Assembly: GCF_035084215.1 (NCBI RefSeq) | Contig: NC_090349.1 | Span: forward strand, 35,278,001-35,342,000 | Direction of reading: 5' to 3' | Length of the DNA stretch: 64,000 nucleotides | Source of the DNA: Heptranchias perlo | Taxonomy: Eukaryota | Shown here: piece by piece, positions 38,401 to 48,999 of the stretch | Layout of the letters: the number at the start of each line of letters is the position of its first letter | Position numbering within the stretch: the stretch's first letter is position 1 | The notes under the pieces: model-generated | What the model was told of the DNA's origin: nothing | Databases searched by the model: none | The model's input: the letters and a program-made list of their open reading frames with translations, nothing else | Position numbers and translations under genes: made by a program

Positions 38401-39199
38401 AATGAACATGTACACAAAGTAGTAAACACACACCTAGCATTAAATGCAAACCAATCACTGGGTCACACGTTAAGCAAGGATTCAGGATCTTCAGCCAACC
38501 GGAATGCACCAGCTGTGCTCCCAAACACTCTGATACACGTGGGAACATTGGAAAACCACAATGCAAAACTGTGCTGAGATTCCTCACAGTATGAATCCCA
38601 CTGGAACTAAATATATTTGAATAATACAGGGGCGTATAAATGTTATTGAATTATTATAGTTGCACGCGTGATTGCTAACCCATTTACCAAAAAAACCTTA
38701 CCTACTTACTATCCTTAGATATTTACACATGCTCAATGGGCATTAGTGTCTAGAAGGAAAATTGAAATATTATAATTGAAATTTCTAGCCTGTTCTGAGT
38801 TGGCTGTTCTCAGTTGGGACAGGGCTACAAAGGGGAAAGTCAGCCAGATATTGCACTCTTGATCCCCATCCTGTGATTTCAGCTGAGCAGTGCATGTGTG
38901 TGGACATCAATTGAGCAGAGGATTGGTATCAATCAGTGTGATGCTTCCCATGATTTAATAACTTGCTAAAATGTTTAGCCTCACATAGGCAGGGATAGAG
39001 GATGGCAGCTGGTGCTTTTGAAACCTTATCCAGCACGACTCAGCATCTTCAGAAAAGGAGGGGAGAAAATTGTAAGAGAATTTATTTTAAAGAAATATAC
39101 AATATAGTTTTAGTAATAAAATATCCACAGATTTACAGAAATATTTTGCAGATGTAGGATTTTACATGAAGTGTGGTAAATAACAAGTAAACAAATTAT

Positions 39200-40327
39200 T
39201 ACATAAGACATAAGATTACATAAGAAGCAGGAGCAGGACTAGGCCACAAGGCCCCTCGAGCCTGCTCCACCATTCAAGATCATGGCTGATCTTCTACCCT
39301 CAACTCCACTTTCCCGCCCTATCCCCGTATCCCTTGATTCCATTAGTGTCCAAAAATCTATTGATTTGAGTCTTGAATATACTCAATGACTGAGCACCCA
39401 CAGTCCTCTGGGGTAGAGAATTCCAAAGATTCACAAGCCTCCGAGTGAAGAAATTTTGCCTCATCTCGGTCCTAACTGGCCGACCCCTTATCTTGAGACT
39501 ATGACCCAATCCTCTAGACTCTCCAGCCGGGGGAAACGGACTCTCAGCGTCTACCCTGTCAAGCCCTCAAAGAATTTTATACATTTCAATAAAATCACCT
39601 CTCATTCTTCTAAACTCCAGAGAATATAGGCCCATTCTAATCAATCTCTCCTCATAGGACAACTCTCTCATCCCAGGAATCAATTAGTGAATCTTTGTTG
39701 CACCCCCTCTAAGGCAAGTATATCCTTCCTTAGGTAAGGAAACCAAAACTGTACACAGTACTCCAGATGTGGTCTCACTAGAGCCCTTTTTAATTGCAGC
39801 AACACCTCCTCACTCTTATACTCCAAACCCATTGCAATAAAGGCTAACATACCATTTGCCTTCCTAATTGCTTGTTGTACCTCATGTTAACTTTGTGATT
39901 TGTGTACAAGGACACCCAAATCCCTCTGACTACCAACATTTCTTAGTCCCTCACCTTTTAAAAAATATTCTGTTTTTCTATTCTTCCTACCAAAGTGAAT
40001 AAACTCACATTTCCCCACATTATACTCCATCTGCCACCTTGTCGCCCACTCACTTAACCTGTCTACAACCTGTCACTTTCCCACCTATCTTTGTATCGTC
40101 AGCAAACTTGGATACATTACACTCAGTCCCCTCATCTAAGTCATTGATATATATTGTAAACAGCTGAGGCCCCAGCACTGATCCTTGCAGGACCCCACTA
40201 GTTACAACCTGCCTACCCGAAAATGATCCGTTTATTCCTACTCTCTGTGTTCCATCCGTTAACCAATCCTCAATCCATGCTGATATATTACCCCCAATCC
40301 CATGAGTCCTAATCTTGTGTAACACCT
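39200..40327 (-). mobile_element. CR1-clade LINE 3' fragment
   Basis: [32 protein letters not shown] and NFFTRRLVNLWNSLP; ACATAAG repeats at the 3' end. Confidence 0.9.
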
Positions 40328-41049
40328 TAAATAATTTAATTTAATTTTGTAACCTGGATATTTTATCTGTTTAAAAATGTACAAAAATATTTAACAGCTT
40401 TAAAAAAAATAACTCTTTGCATGCAGTATCAGGATCAAGCAGTCCCAAGTCAGACACAGCCCAGATTAGAAACAAAATAAAGCTCCCTCAACTCTGTCCA
40501 AGAATGTGCTTTGAGCTACAGAACAGCACCACCTATTGCATCATTATGACAATTCCGTTTCACCACACTGGTCGATTTAATGCCAAATTATGACAAAACA
40601 TATATGAATAAGACAGGAGCACACAAATATTATTGAACTCTAAAGTATAGCTGTGAATAAGGTTGATAACCTCCTTACCACAAGGACCCTAGGAATTGGG
40701 GTATGTCTGCACAAATTCAATTTGCACAAGATGCTTACAGCCAGTTGAAGGTACTTTTTCAACCCATGACTAACCCAGGATTCGATCTGCGGAAGGGAAA
40801 AATGCTAATCTTCTGCCCGTTTCAGTTCTCATACACAATCAATATTTTTTTTAAAGTAAGCGACTTCCTGTGGCATTGTTTGGAGCACAGTTTAAATGTT
40901 TAGATGCTAACCTGGCTACTTCTCAGATTCTCTAGATTGGTAACTACTTGGCTCCTCTCACTGTTATCTCAACAACTTCACCGGGATATCGCAAGTTCAA
41001 AAAAGCAGAAAACACCTAGGTTTCTTACTCCTTTTTCTATGCCATTTTA

Positions 41050-41505
41050 AGATTTTATCGTCGTCGTTCATCATTCAATATCGAAAAAGGCAGCCAGAAT
41101 ATCATCTGAACTCTTGCAGCGAGTTCTTTGGTGACCGATGAGATCTATTCTTGCTTGGAATGGGTGTCCGCAGATCGAACAATGGATCACCTGGAAACAC
41201 CAGGTTGGGAATTTTGATTTTTCAAGCGAGACTTCCTCAGCCGGCGTTTACGTTCAGCATCAGCAATGCAACAGGCCTAATAGTAGGAGGTGCCTTCCTG
41301 GATGGTTTTTCGCTATGCTTTCTTATCTTGAGCAAGTTGTTCCCACTTATGGATGTCTATTTGGCACTGTTTCAGAGTAGCTTTTAAGCAGTCTTTATAT
41401 CTCTTTTGCTGACCACCACGAAATCACTTCCCAGTTGTCAATCTTCGGGATTCGTTCAGCAGATATTCGCATGGTCATGTGGTGCGAATGTCCGATGAAC
41501 GAAAG
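41050..41505 (-). mobile_element. RTE-clade LINE 3' relic
   Basis: Minus strand reads RISAERIPK...RGGQQKRYKDCLKATLKQCQIDIHKWEQLAQD...ADAERKRRLRK, typical of the RTE ORF C-terminus, with stops. Confidence 0.75.
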
Positions 41506-41599
41506 ATTGTATAAAACAACAGCAAACCATACCTGAACAAAGTGTGACAGACAGGCAGGCAGGCAGACAGACAGACAGAGATAATGTTGTATCAATTGA

Positions 41600-42954
41600 T
41601 TTTTTTATTTGTTCAAGGGATGTGGCCGTCGCTGGCAAGGCCAGCATTTATTGCCCATCCCTATTTGCCCTTGAGAAGGTGGTGGTGAGCTGCCTTCTTG
41701 AACTGCTGCAGTGAAGGTTCTCCCATAGTGCTGTTAGGTAGGGAGTTCCAGGATTTTGACCCAGCGACGATGAAGGAACGGCGATATATTTCCAAGTCAG
41801 GATGGTGTGTGACTTGGAGGGGAACGTGCAGGTGGAGTTGTTCCCATGTGCCAGCTGCCCTTGTCCTTCCAGGTGGTAGAGGTCGCGGGTTTGGGAGGTG
41901 CTGTCGAAGAAGCCTTGGCAAGTTGCTGCAGTGCACACTGCAGCCATGGTGTGCCGGTGGTGAAGGGAGTGAATGTTTAGGGTGGTGGATGGGGTGCCAA
42001 TCAAGCGGGCTGCTTTGTCCTGGATGGTGTCGAGCTTCTTGAGTGTTGTTGGAGCTGCACTCATCCAGGCAAGTGGAAAGTATTCTATCACACTCCTGAC
42101 CTGTGCCTTGTGGATGGTGGTAAGGCTTTGGGGAGTCAGGAGGTGAGTCACTCGCCGCAGAATACCCAGCCTCTGACCTGCTCTTGTAGCCACAGTATTT
42201 ATGCGGCTGGTCCAGTTAAGTTTCTGGTCAATGGTGACCCCCAGGATGTTGATGGTGGGGGATTAGGCAACGGTAATGCCATTGAATGTCAAAGGGAGGT
42301 GGTTAGACTCTCTCTAGTTGGAGGTGGACATTGCCTGGCACTTGTCTGTTGCGAATGTTACTTGCCACTTATAAGCCCAAGCCTGGATGTTGTCCAGGTC
42401 TTGCTGCATGCGGGTACGGACTGCTTCATTATCTGAGGGGTTGCGAATGGAACTGAACACTGTGCAATCATCAGTGAACATTCCTATTTCTGACCTTATG
42501 ATGGAGGGAAGGTCATTGATGAAGCCGCTGAAGATGGTTGGGCCTAGGACACCGCCTTGAGGAACTCTTGCAGCAATGTCCTGGGGCTGAGATGATTGGC
42601 CTCCAACAACCACTACCATCTTCCTTTGTGCTAGGTATGACTGCAGCCACTGGAGAGTTTTCCCCCTGATTCCCATTGACTTCAATTTTACTAGGGCTCC
42701 TTGGTGCCACTCTCGGTCAAATGCTGCTTTGATGTCAAGGGCAGTCACTCTCACCTCACCTCTGGAATTCAGCTCTTTTGTCCATGTTTGGACCAAGTCT
42801 GGAGGTCTGGAGCCGAGTGGTCCTGGCGGAACCCAAACTGAGCATCGGTGAGCAGGTTATTGGTGAGTAAGAGCCGCTTGATAGCACTGTCGATGACACC
42901 TTCCATCACTTTGCTGATGATTGAGAGTGGACTGATGGGGCAGTAATTGGCCGG
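41600..42954 (-). mobile_element. 5'-truncated second copy of the HER1-like LINE family
   Basis: High similarity to 31125-32523 (VQTWTKELNSRGEVRVTALDIKAAFD, same 3' tail and polyA). Confidence 0.92.
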
Positions 42955-44597
42955 TAAAATTTATGATTTTTGGCAAAGGTAGCAGAGTCAGATGACTGGA
43001 TTAATTTTATCCATTGTGTTTCCTTCTCCAATTCTCATGACTTTCTCACTTTAGCTCCTCTTGTAGTCCCAGGACGACACCTGCTGTTACCTCTCCCAAG
43101 TGCCCATTCTTCATGTGCAAACTTGAACATTGGTGGACAGTTCCACTGTAGGCGACCACAACCAGGCATGCCCATCTGATGTTCCCACAGGTGCACTTCA
43201 CAGCAGGATCACTGGCTAGTGATCTACCACAGAGAATCCTGGTCAACTAATTTAGGTTCTGGAAAATCACTTTTGGACTGATTAACTTGATTTCAGATCA
43301 AACTCACACCATACAGCAGTTTATCTATAGAATTTATCTTAACCATTGCCATATATAATGAGTTTAAACCCTCTTTATTCTACTCTGAAATTACCTGATC
43401 ACTCTGAACCAGATGCAGACTTACCCTGATCGGCTTCTATCGTGATACATTAAGTGAGATACACTCTAACACAACAACAGTTTTGCTACTGTTTACATGA
43501 ATGAAATGTCTCCATGAAATTAAATTTTGTGCAAAACTACAAGGAGCCTCAGATTGCATGGAATATTTTTCCATTATTTCCCAATTCACAGTAGAAGTTG
43601 GATGTGCAAAAATCAAGAAAAGGCAGGGTGGGGAGATTATCAGGGAAACCTGTATGACTTAAAGTAAATATAACCGGGGCAACCATTTCAATAAAACTAC
43701 CTACTCACTGCAGTTATGCCACGTCCAATGCTGCAACCAGATTCTCTCCCGTCCAACCTCAAGGATGGCAACAGAGATTTTGGCACTACCAGAGAAGGGG
43801 CATGGTGGAAAGTGTGCACCCAGGGCCTCAGGGTCAGGAATCAGAGAAGGAGGAGGCAGCAGGCAGTACTGAAAGAACTGCCTATCTTGGAGATCCAGTT
43901 GGGAGGTCTGAGGTTAGCAGCTTGGAAAAACTCAATCTGAGGTAAATAAATTGAATAGGTAAGTTGAATTGTGCACAAAAGTGTGACAGAATAGCCCGAT
44001 AAACAGACATGGTGGAAACAGCTTGAAAGGAGGAAGTAACTGTTACTTGAAATGAATAAAAACGAAACAACCAGCTGTGTTTTCCATCCTAATTTGAGCA
44101 TTACATTTCATGCAAATTTTTTGACATTGATTGACTCAAATTTCACCTTAATTAAAAAAGATCATGGGTTTTCATTTTATCTAGGTTAGGGGTGAACATA
44201 TCACAATTATTAAAATAGGGGTTTATACTGTTTTTCTTAAAACTCAAAGCTCACTCAAATTTTCCAATTTTATTGAAATGAGATGCACAAAATTCCTTCT
44301 CAATGCCACAATGACTTTGATAATGTTATTTCATAATTATAACACAAGTGATAAGATCAGCACAGTGAAATATGAAGTTATGTCATCAACAACCAAAAAG
44401 TAAAATTCTCAATTTCTTTACAGCTTGTTCTTGGTTTGAAAAGGTTACCGTCTTCACAAAATTATTTCATACAATTATAAAAGATTTGCCAAGGAAATTT
44501 GGTGAATGCACTATTTATATCACTCTGAAATCATTTGCAAATAGTCACGTTTGTAAATAAGGGAAAAAACTATGTGAAACTTTTTCATCTATCAACT

Positions 44598-45720
44598 AGA
44601 CAACTTGCATTTATTATATGTCTTTAACATAGGAAGCATCCCAAGACATTTCACAGAATAGGTATAAGCAGAATAGATGAAGACCTGGGAGAAATTAGGA
44701 GGGGTGACCAAAGCTTGATCAAATAGATAGATCTTGAGGAGGTCTTTGAAGGAGGTAGAGAAGTTTAACTAGGAAGCTTCAAAGAATAAGAACGAGTTGA
44801 CAAAGCTTTTCCACAGATGGCGAGGCAATGCACAAGTGGCCAGAAGGGTAGTGGGCCGGAAGATATTGCAAAGAAAGGTTGGGGCAAGACCCTGGAGAGA
44901 GTTATAGATGAAAGGATTATAAATGTAACGTATTGGGGCCTGAGAGACAATGTAGGTGAACAAGGATAGGGTGATAGATGAGTGGGTCTTGGTGCAGGAC
45001 AGGATACCTGCAGCAGAGCTTTGGACAAGTTATAGAGGGAGGAGGATGGGGGCCAGCAAGGAGAGCATTCGAATAGCAGAGTCTGGAAGTGACAACGGCA
45101 TATAAATAAGTTTCAGCAGCTGAAGGTAGGGACGGACAAGGGACAATATTGCAGAGGTGGAAATAAGCAGTCTTTGTGATGGAGAGGAAATGAGGGCTGA
45201 AGCTCAACTGAAAGTCAAACACGACGCGATGATTACAAACTATCTGTTTCAGCGTGCTTTAGGCTGAGAGTGTGGAAAGGAATCCGTTCCAAGGGAGAAG
45301 AGATTGTGGCGGAAGTAGAAGACAATGGCTTCAGTCTTCCCAATGGTGAGCTGGAGTAAGACTTGAAATCAGATAGGCAGCCTGACGGCATTGAGAGGTC
45401 AATAGAAGTGGTGAAGTACAGCTGGGTATCTGCATACATGTGAAACTGATACCGTCCCTGTGGATGATATTGTTGAGAGAAGAGGAGGGTCCACGGACAG
45501 ATCCTTGGGGAACCCCAGAGTTGACATTGTGGGCAAGGAAAAGAAACCATTGCTGGAGATGCACTGGCTGCATTCAGGCAGTTCAATGGAGATATATGAC
45601 AGAAGAGAGGGTTGGGAGGAGGATGGCATTGTCAACCCTACTAAAAGTTGCCAAAAGTTGAGGTAGATGAGGGTAAAGCACCAAGGTCACAGTCAAAGAG
45701 CAAGAAAGGAAGTTTGGAGA
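44598..45720 (-). mobile_element. L2-clade LINE fragment, old
   Basis: [33 protein letters not shown] and SRLCYSNALLAG; ATAAATGCAAGTTGT tail. Confidence 0.8.
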
Positions 45721-46185
45721 GAGCAGTCATTGAAACATATAAATTCTGAGGGGGCTTGACAGGGTAGATGCTGAGAGGTTGTTTCCCCTGGCTGGGGTGC
45801 CTAGAACTAGGAGGCATAGTCAGGGGATAAGGGTCAGCCTTTTAAGAGTGAGATGGGGAGGAATTTCTTCATGCAAAGGGTTGTGAATCTTTGGAATTCT
45901 CTACCCCAAAGAGCTGTAGATACTGAGTCATTGAGTATATTCAAATGTAAGGAATCTTACAACACCAGGTTATAGTCCAACAGTTTTATTTGAAAATCAC
46001 AAGCTTTCGGAGGCTTTCTTCTTCGTCAAGTGAGTGTCGAGATTCATTGAAAATTACTGCATATATAGTCATAGAACAATGCCTGGTGATTACAGTCATG
46101 ATGTGGAGATGCCGGTGATGGACTGGGGTTGACAATTGTAAACAATTTTACAACACCAAGTTATAGTCCAGCAATTTTATTTTAA

Positions 46186-46226
46186 ATTCACAAGCTTTCG
46201 GAGACTTCCTCCTTCCTCAGGTAAAT
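46186..46226 (-). ncRNA. minimal type I hammerhead ribozyme (inverted copy)
   Basis: Exact reverse complement of 46899-46939. Confidence 0.78.
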
Positions 46227-46898
46227 GTTCAGGAGCTCCTTGAAGCCTACGCATTTATACATATAGAACAATACATGGTGTTTACAGACTGCCCCTGCAA
46301 CTGCCCGTTGCCAAGGCAATCACCGTGTTCAGACAGAGAGGTGTCACCTGCAGAACCCCCGAATACACATTCAACAAAAAAACAAACAGGAAAACGCTGC
46401 GACAACGGATGAACGGACACCGCGCAACAATCGCCAAACAGGAGGGTTCCCTCCCAGTCGGGGAACACTTCAGCAGTCATGGACATTCATCCACCGACCT
46501 TCGGGTAAGCGTACTCCAAGGCGGCCTTCGAGACACACGACAACGCAAAATCGTCGAGCAGAAATTGATAGCCAAGTTCCGCACCCTTGAGGACGGCCTC
46601 AACCGGGATCTTGGGTTCATGTCACGCTACACGTTACCCCACCAGCGAACAAATGTTATCTGTTTTTAATATAATGGGTCATTTGCTGGCTTTCTCTGCC
46701 TTCCGGATGTTTCTGCCTCTCTCTGTTTTTTTTTCCTGTTTGTTTTTTTGTTGAATGTGTATTCGGGGGTTCTGCAGGTGACACCTCTCTGTCTGAACAC
46801 GGTGATTGCCTTGGCAACGGGCAGTTGCAGGGGCAGTCTGTAAACACCATGTATTGTTCTATATGTATAAATGCGTAGGCTTCAAGGAGCTCCTGAAC

Positions 46899-46939
46899 AT
46901 TTACCTGAGGAAGGAGGAAGTCTCCGAAAGCTTGTGAAT
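46899..46939 (+). ncRNA. minimal type I hammerhead ribozyme (PLE-type)
   Basis: ATTTAC-CTGAGGA-A-GGAGG/aag/TCTCC-GAAA-GCTT-GTGAAT. Confidence 0.78.
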
Positions 46940-47973
46940 TTAAAATAAAATTGCTGGACTATAACTTGGTGTTGTAAAATTGTTTACAATGGTGATTACA
47001 GATAATCTTTCCAACTGCCCGTTATCAAGGCCATCAAATTAATTGAATAGTGTTCAGACAGAGAAACCTTAGATACCCCAGACAACTGAATATACAAACG
47101 GCCAGAACCAAAGAAAGAGAGGGAGAGAGAGAGAGAAACATCCAAAAGGAAGAGAAAGAGAGAGAATGACCAGTTGTATTAAAAACAGATAACTTTTTCC
47201 CCCCCTGGTGGGGTTACATGTAGCGCGACATGAACCCAAGATCCCGGTTGAGGCCGTCCTCATGGGTGCGGAACTTGGCTATCAATTTCTGCTCGACGAT
47301 TTTGCGTTGTCTTGTGTCTCGAAGGCCGCCTTGGAGAACGCTTACCCGAAGATCGGTGGCTGAATGTCCTTGACTGCTGAAGTGTTCCCCGACTGGGAGG
47401 GAACCCTCCTGTCTGGCGACTGTTGCGTGGTGTCCGTCCAGTGGCGAGACCATGCAGACACAAGACAACGGATGAACGGACACCGCGCAACAATCGCCAG
47501 ACAGGAGGGTTCCCTCCCAGTCGGGGAACACTTCAGCAGTCAAGGACATTCAGCCACCGATCTTCGGGTAAGCGTTCTCCAAGGCGGCCTTCGAGACACA
47601 AGACAACGCAAAATCGTCGAGCAGAAATTGATAGCCAAGTTCCGCACCCATGAGGACGGCCTCAACCTGGATCTTGGGTTCATGTCGCGCTACACGTAAC
47701 CCCACCAGGTGGAAAAAAAGTTATCTGTTTTTAATACAACTGGTCATTCTCTCTCTTTCTCTTCCTTTCGGATGTTTCTCTCTCTCTCTCCCTCTCTTTC
47801 TTTGGTTCTGGCCGTTTGTATATTCAGTTGTCTGGGGTATCTAAGGTTTCTCTGTCTGAACACTATTCAATTAATTTGATGGCCTTGATAACGGGCAGTT
47901 GGAAAGATTATCTGTAATCACCAGGCATTGTTCTATGACTATATATGCGGTAATTTTCAATGAATCTCGACAC

Positions 47974-48010
47974 TCACCTGACGAAGGAGAAAGCCTCCGA
48001 AAGCTTGTGA
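47974..48010 (+). ncRNA. minimal type I hammerhead ribozyme (PLE-type)
   Basis: TCAC-CTGACGA-A-GGAG/aaagc/CTCC-GAAA-GCTT-GTGA: conserved core, stem I TCAC/GTGA, stem II, and palindromic AAGCTT in place of stem III. Confidence 0.8.
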
Positions 48011-48399
48011 TTTTCAAATAAAACTGTTGGACTATAACCTGGTGGTGTAAGATTCCTTACATTTGTACACCCCAGTCCATCACCAGCATCTCCACATCAG
48101 GAGTATATTCAAGGCTGAGATTTTTGGACTCTAGGGGAATCAATGGATATGGGGATCCGGCAGGAAAGTGGAGCTGAGGTCAAAGATCAGCCCTGATCTT
48201 ATTGAATGACGGAGCAGGCACGAGAGGCTGTACGGCCTACTCCTATTTCTTATGTTCTTAGACGGTTCGAGGATGGGTATTTTGAGAAGTGGGCTGACAG
48301 ACGATTGACAATATCAGCTAGCATAGAGCCCAGGAAGGTGAGGAGAGTTGGAGGGAGGAGATCGCTCCCAGAAATTGGTTCCCCGAACGCTAATGTTTC

Positions 48400-48810
48400 G
48401 CACAAAAACGGGCGATAATTTCTCCCCTCTGTTTCGAGTGCAGTCTGCATCTAATCAATTTAAAATCTAACAGCGGAGCGAGCGTCTGTCACCAGGCAGG
48501 GCCCCGCATCCAGGCCCAGGCTCCTCCAGCTTTCACCGCCGGGTCTGAAATCTGTATCGTTTCTTTGAGTAAAACGCCCCGTCTGAAGAGAACACAAAGG
48601 GACACGTCTCCTCACTGAAGTTTTGGGTTTTCTTACTTCTGTAGTTCGGCTACTGAACGCCCCGCCCGCCAAGTCACTCACCTCAGGCGCTGCGCCATCA
48701 AACCCCGCCTGCCGTCGTGGCGGATCGCTCCGCCTTGCTGCAAAACACCGGATATTGCGACTGGTCACCAGCGGGGCACGTGGCTCACAACCTAGAGCGT
48801 GCTAATAGCA
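48400..48810 (-). promoter_or_regulatory. CpG-island promoter and probable 5' exon of the TMEM248-like gene
   Basis: CpG-rich island. Consensus donor CTGAG|gtgagt at ~48676-48681, E-box CACGTG at 48777-48782, GC boxes. The next identifiable gene downstream on this strand is the TMEM248-like gene; the link is inferred. Confidence 0.6.
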
Positions 48811-48999
48811 GGCAGAGAGGGTCAGTCGGTGCAGTGAGACCATTGCCAGGGCAGAGAGGGTCAGTCGGTGCAGTGAGACCATTGCCAGGCAGAGAGGGTC
48901 AGTCGGTGCAGTGAGACCATTGCCAGGGCAGAGAGGGTCAGTCGGTGCAGTGAGACCATTGCCAGGCAGAGAGGGTCAGTCGGTGCAGTGAGACCATTG
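48809..48999. repeat. minisatellite, 5 copies of a 38/39-bp unit GCAGAGAGGGTCAGTCGGTGCAGTGAGACCATTGCCAG(G)
   Basis: Unit starts at 48812, 48851, 48889, 48928 and 48966. Confidence 0.95.

Larger units (their letters stand above)
46096..46989. mobile_element. Penelope-like element B nested in A
   Basis: TSD TGGTGATTACAG (46084-46095, 46990-47001). Inverted arms ~46134-46392 and ~46733-46990; GIY-YIG fragment 46393-46632. Confidence 0.9.
45945..48100 (+). mobile_element. Penelope-like element A (outer), fold-back inverted structure with GIY-YIG C-terminus
   Basis: TSD GAGTATATTCAA (45933-45944, 48101-48112). RQRMNGHRATIARQEGSLPVGEHFS...EQKLIAKFRTHEDGLNLD (PLE GIY-YIG endonuclease tail) is present in both orientations around ~47445. 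Confidence 0.9.
45728..48259 (+). mobile_element. short CR1 3' fragment interrupted by nested Penelope-like elements
   Basis: CR1 3' sequence at 45728-45944 resumes at 48101-48259 (compare 34123-34497). Confidence 0.85.

Noticed and set aside
46325-47699. GIY-YIG ORFs as host genes
   Set aside because: They are only C-terminal fragments of the Penelope ORF, fused to inverted UTR sequence, with no RT.
48460-48768. ORF beginning MTSR, like PTPN11 (an RPL6 neighbour in mammals)
   Set aside because: The start is a GTG and the sequence does not continue RWFHP. No PTPN11 exon 1 was seen in 60.3-64 kb either.
48809-48999. Regularly spaced repeats resembling a CRISPR array
   Set aside because: Units are contiguous with no unique spacers; eukaryotic context and no cas genes.
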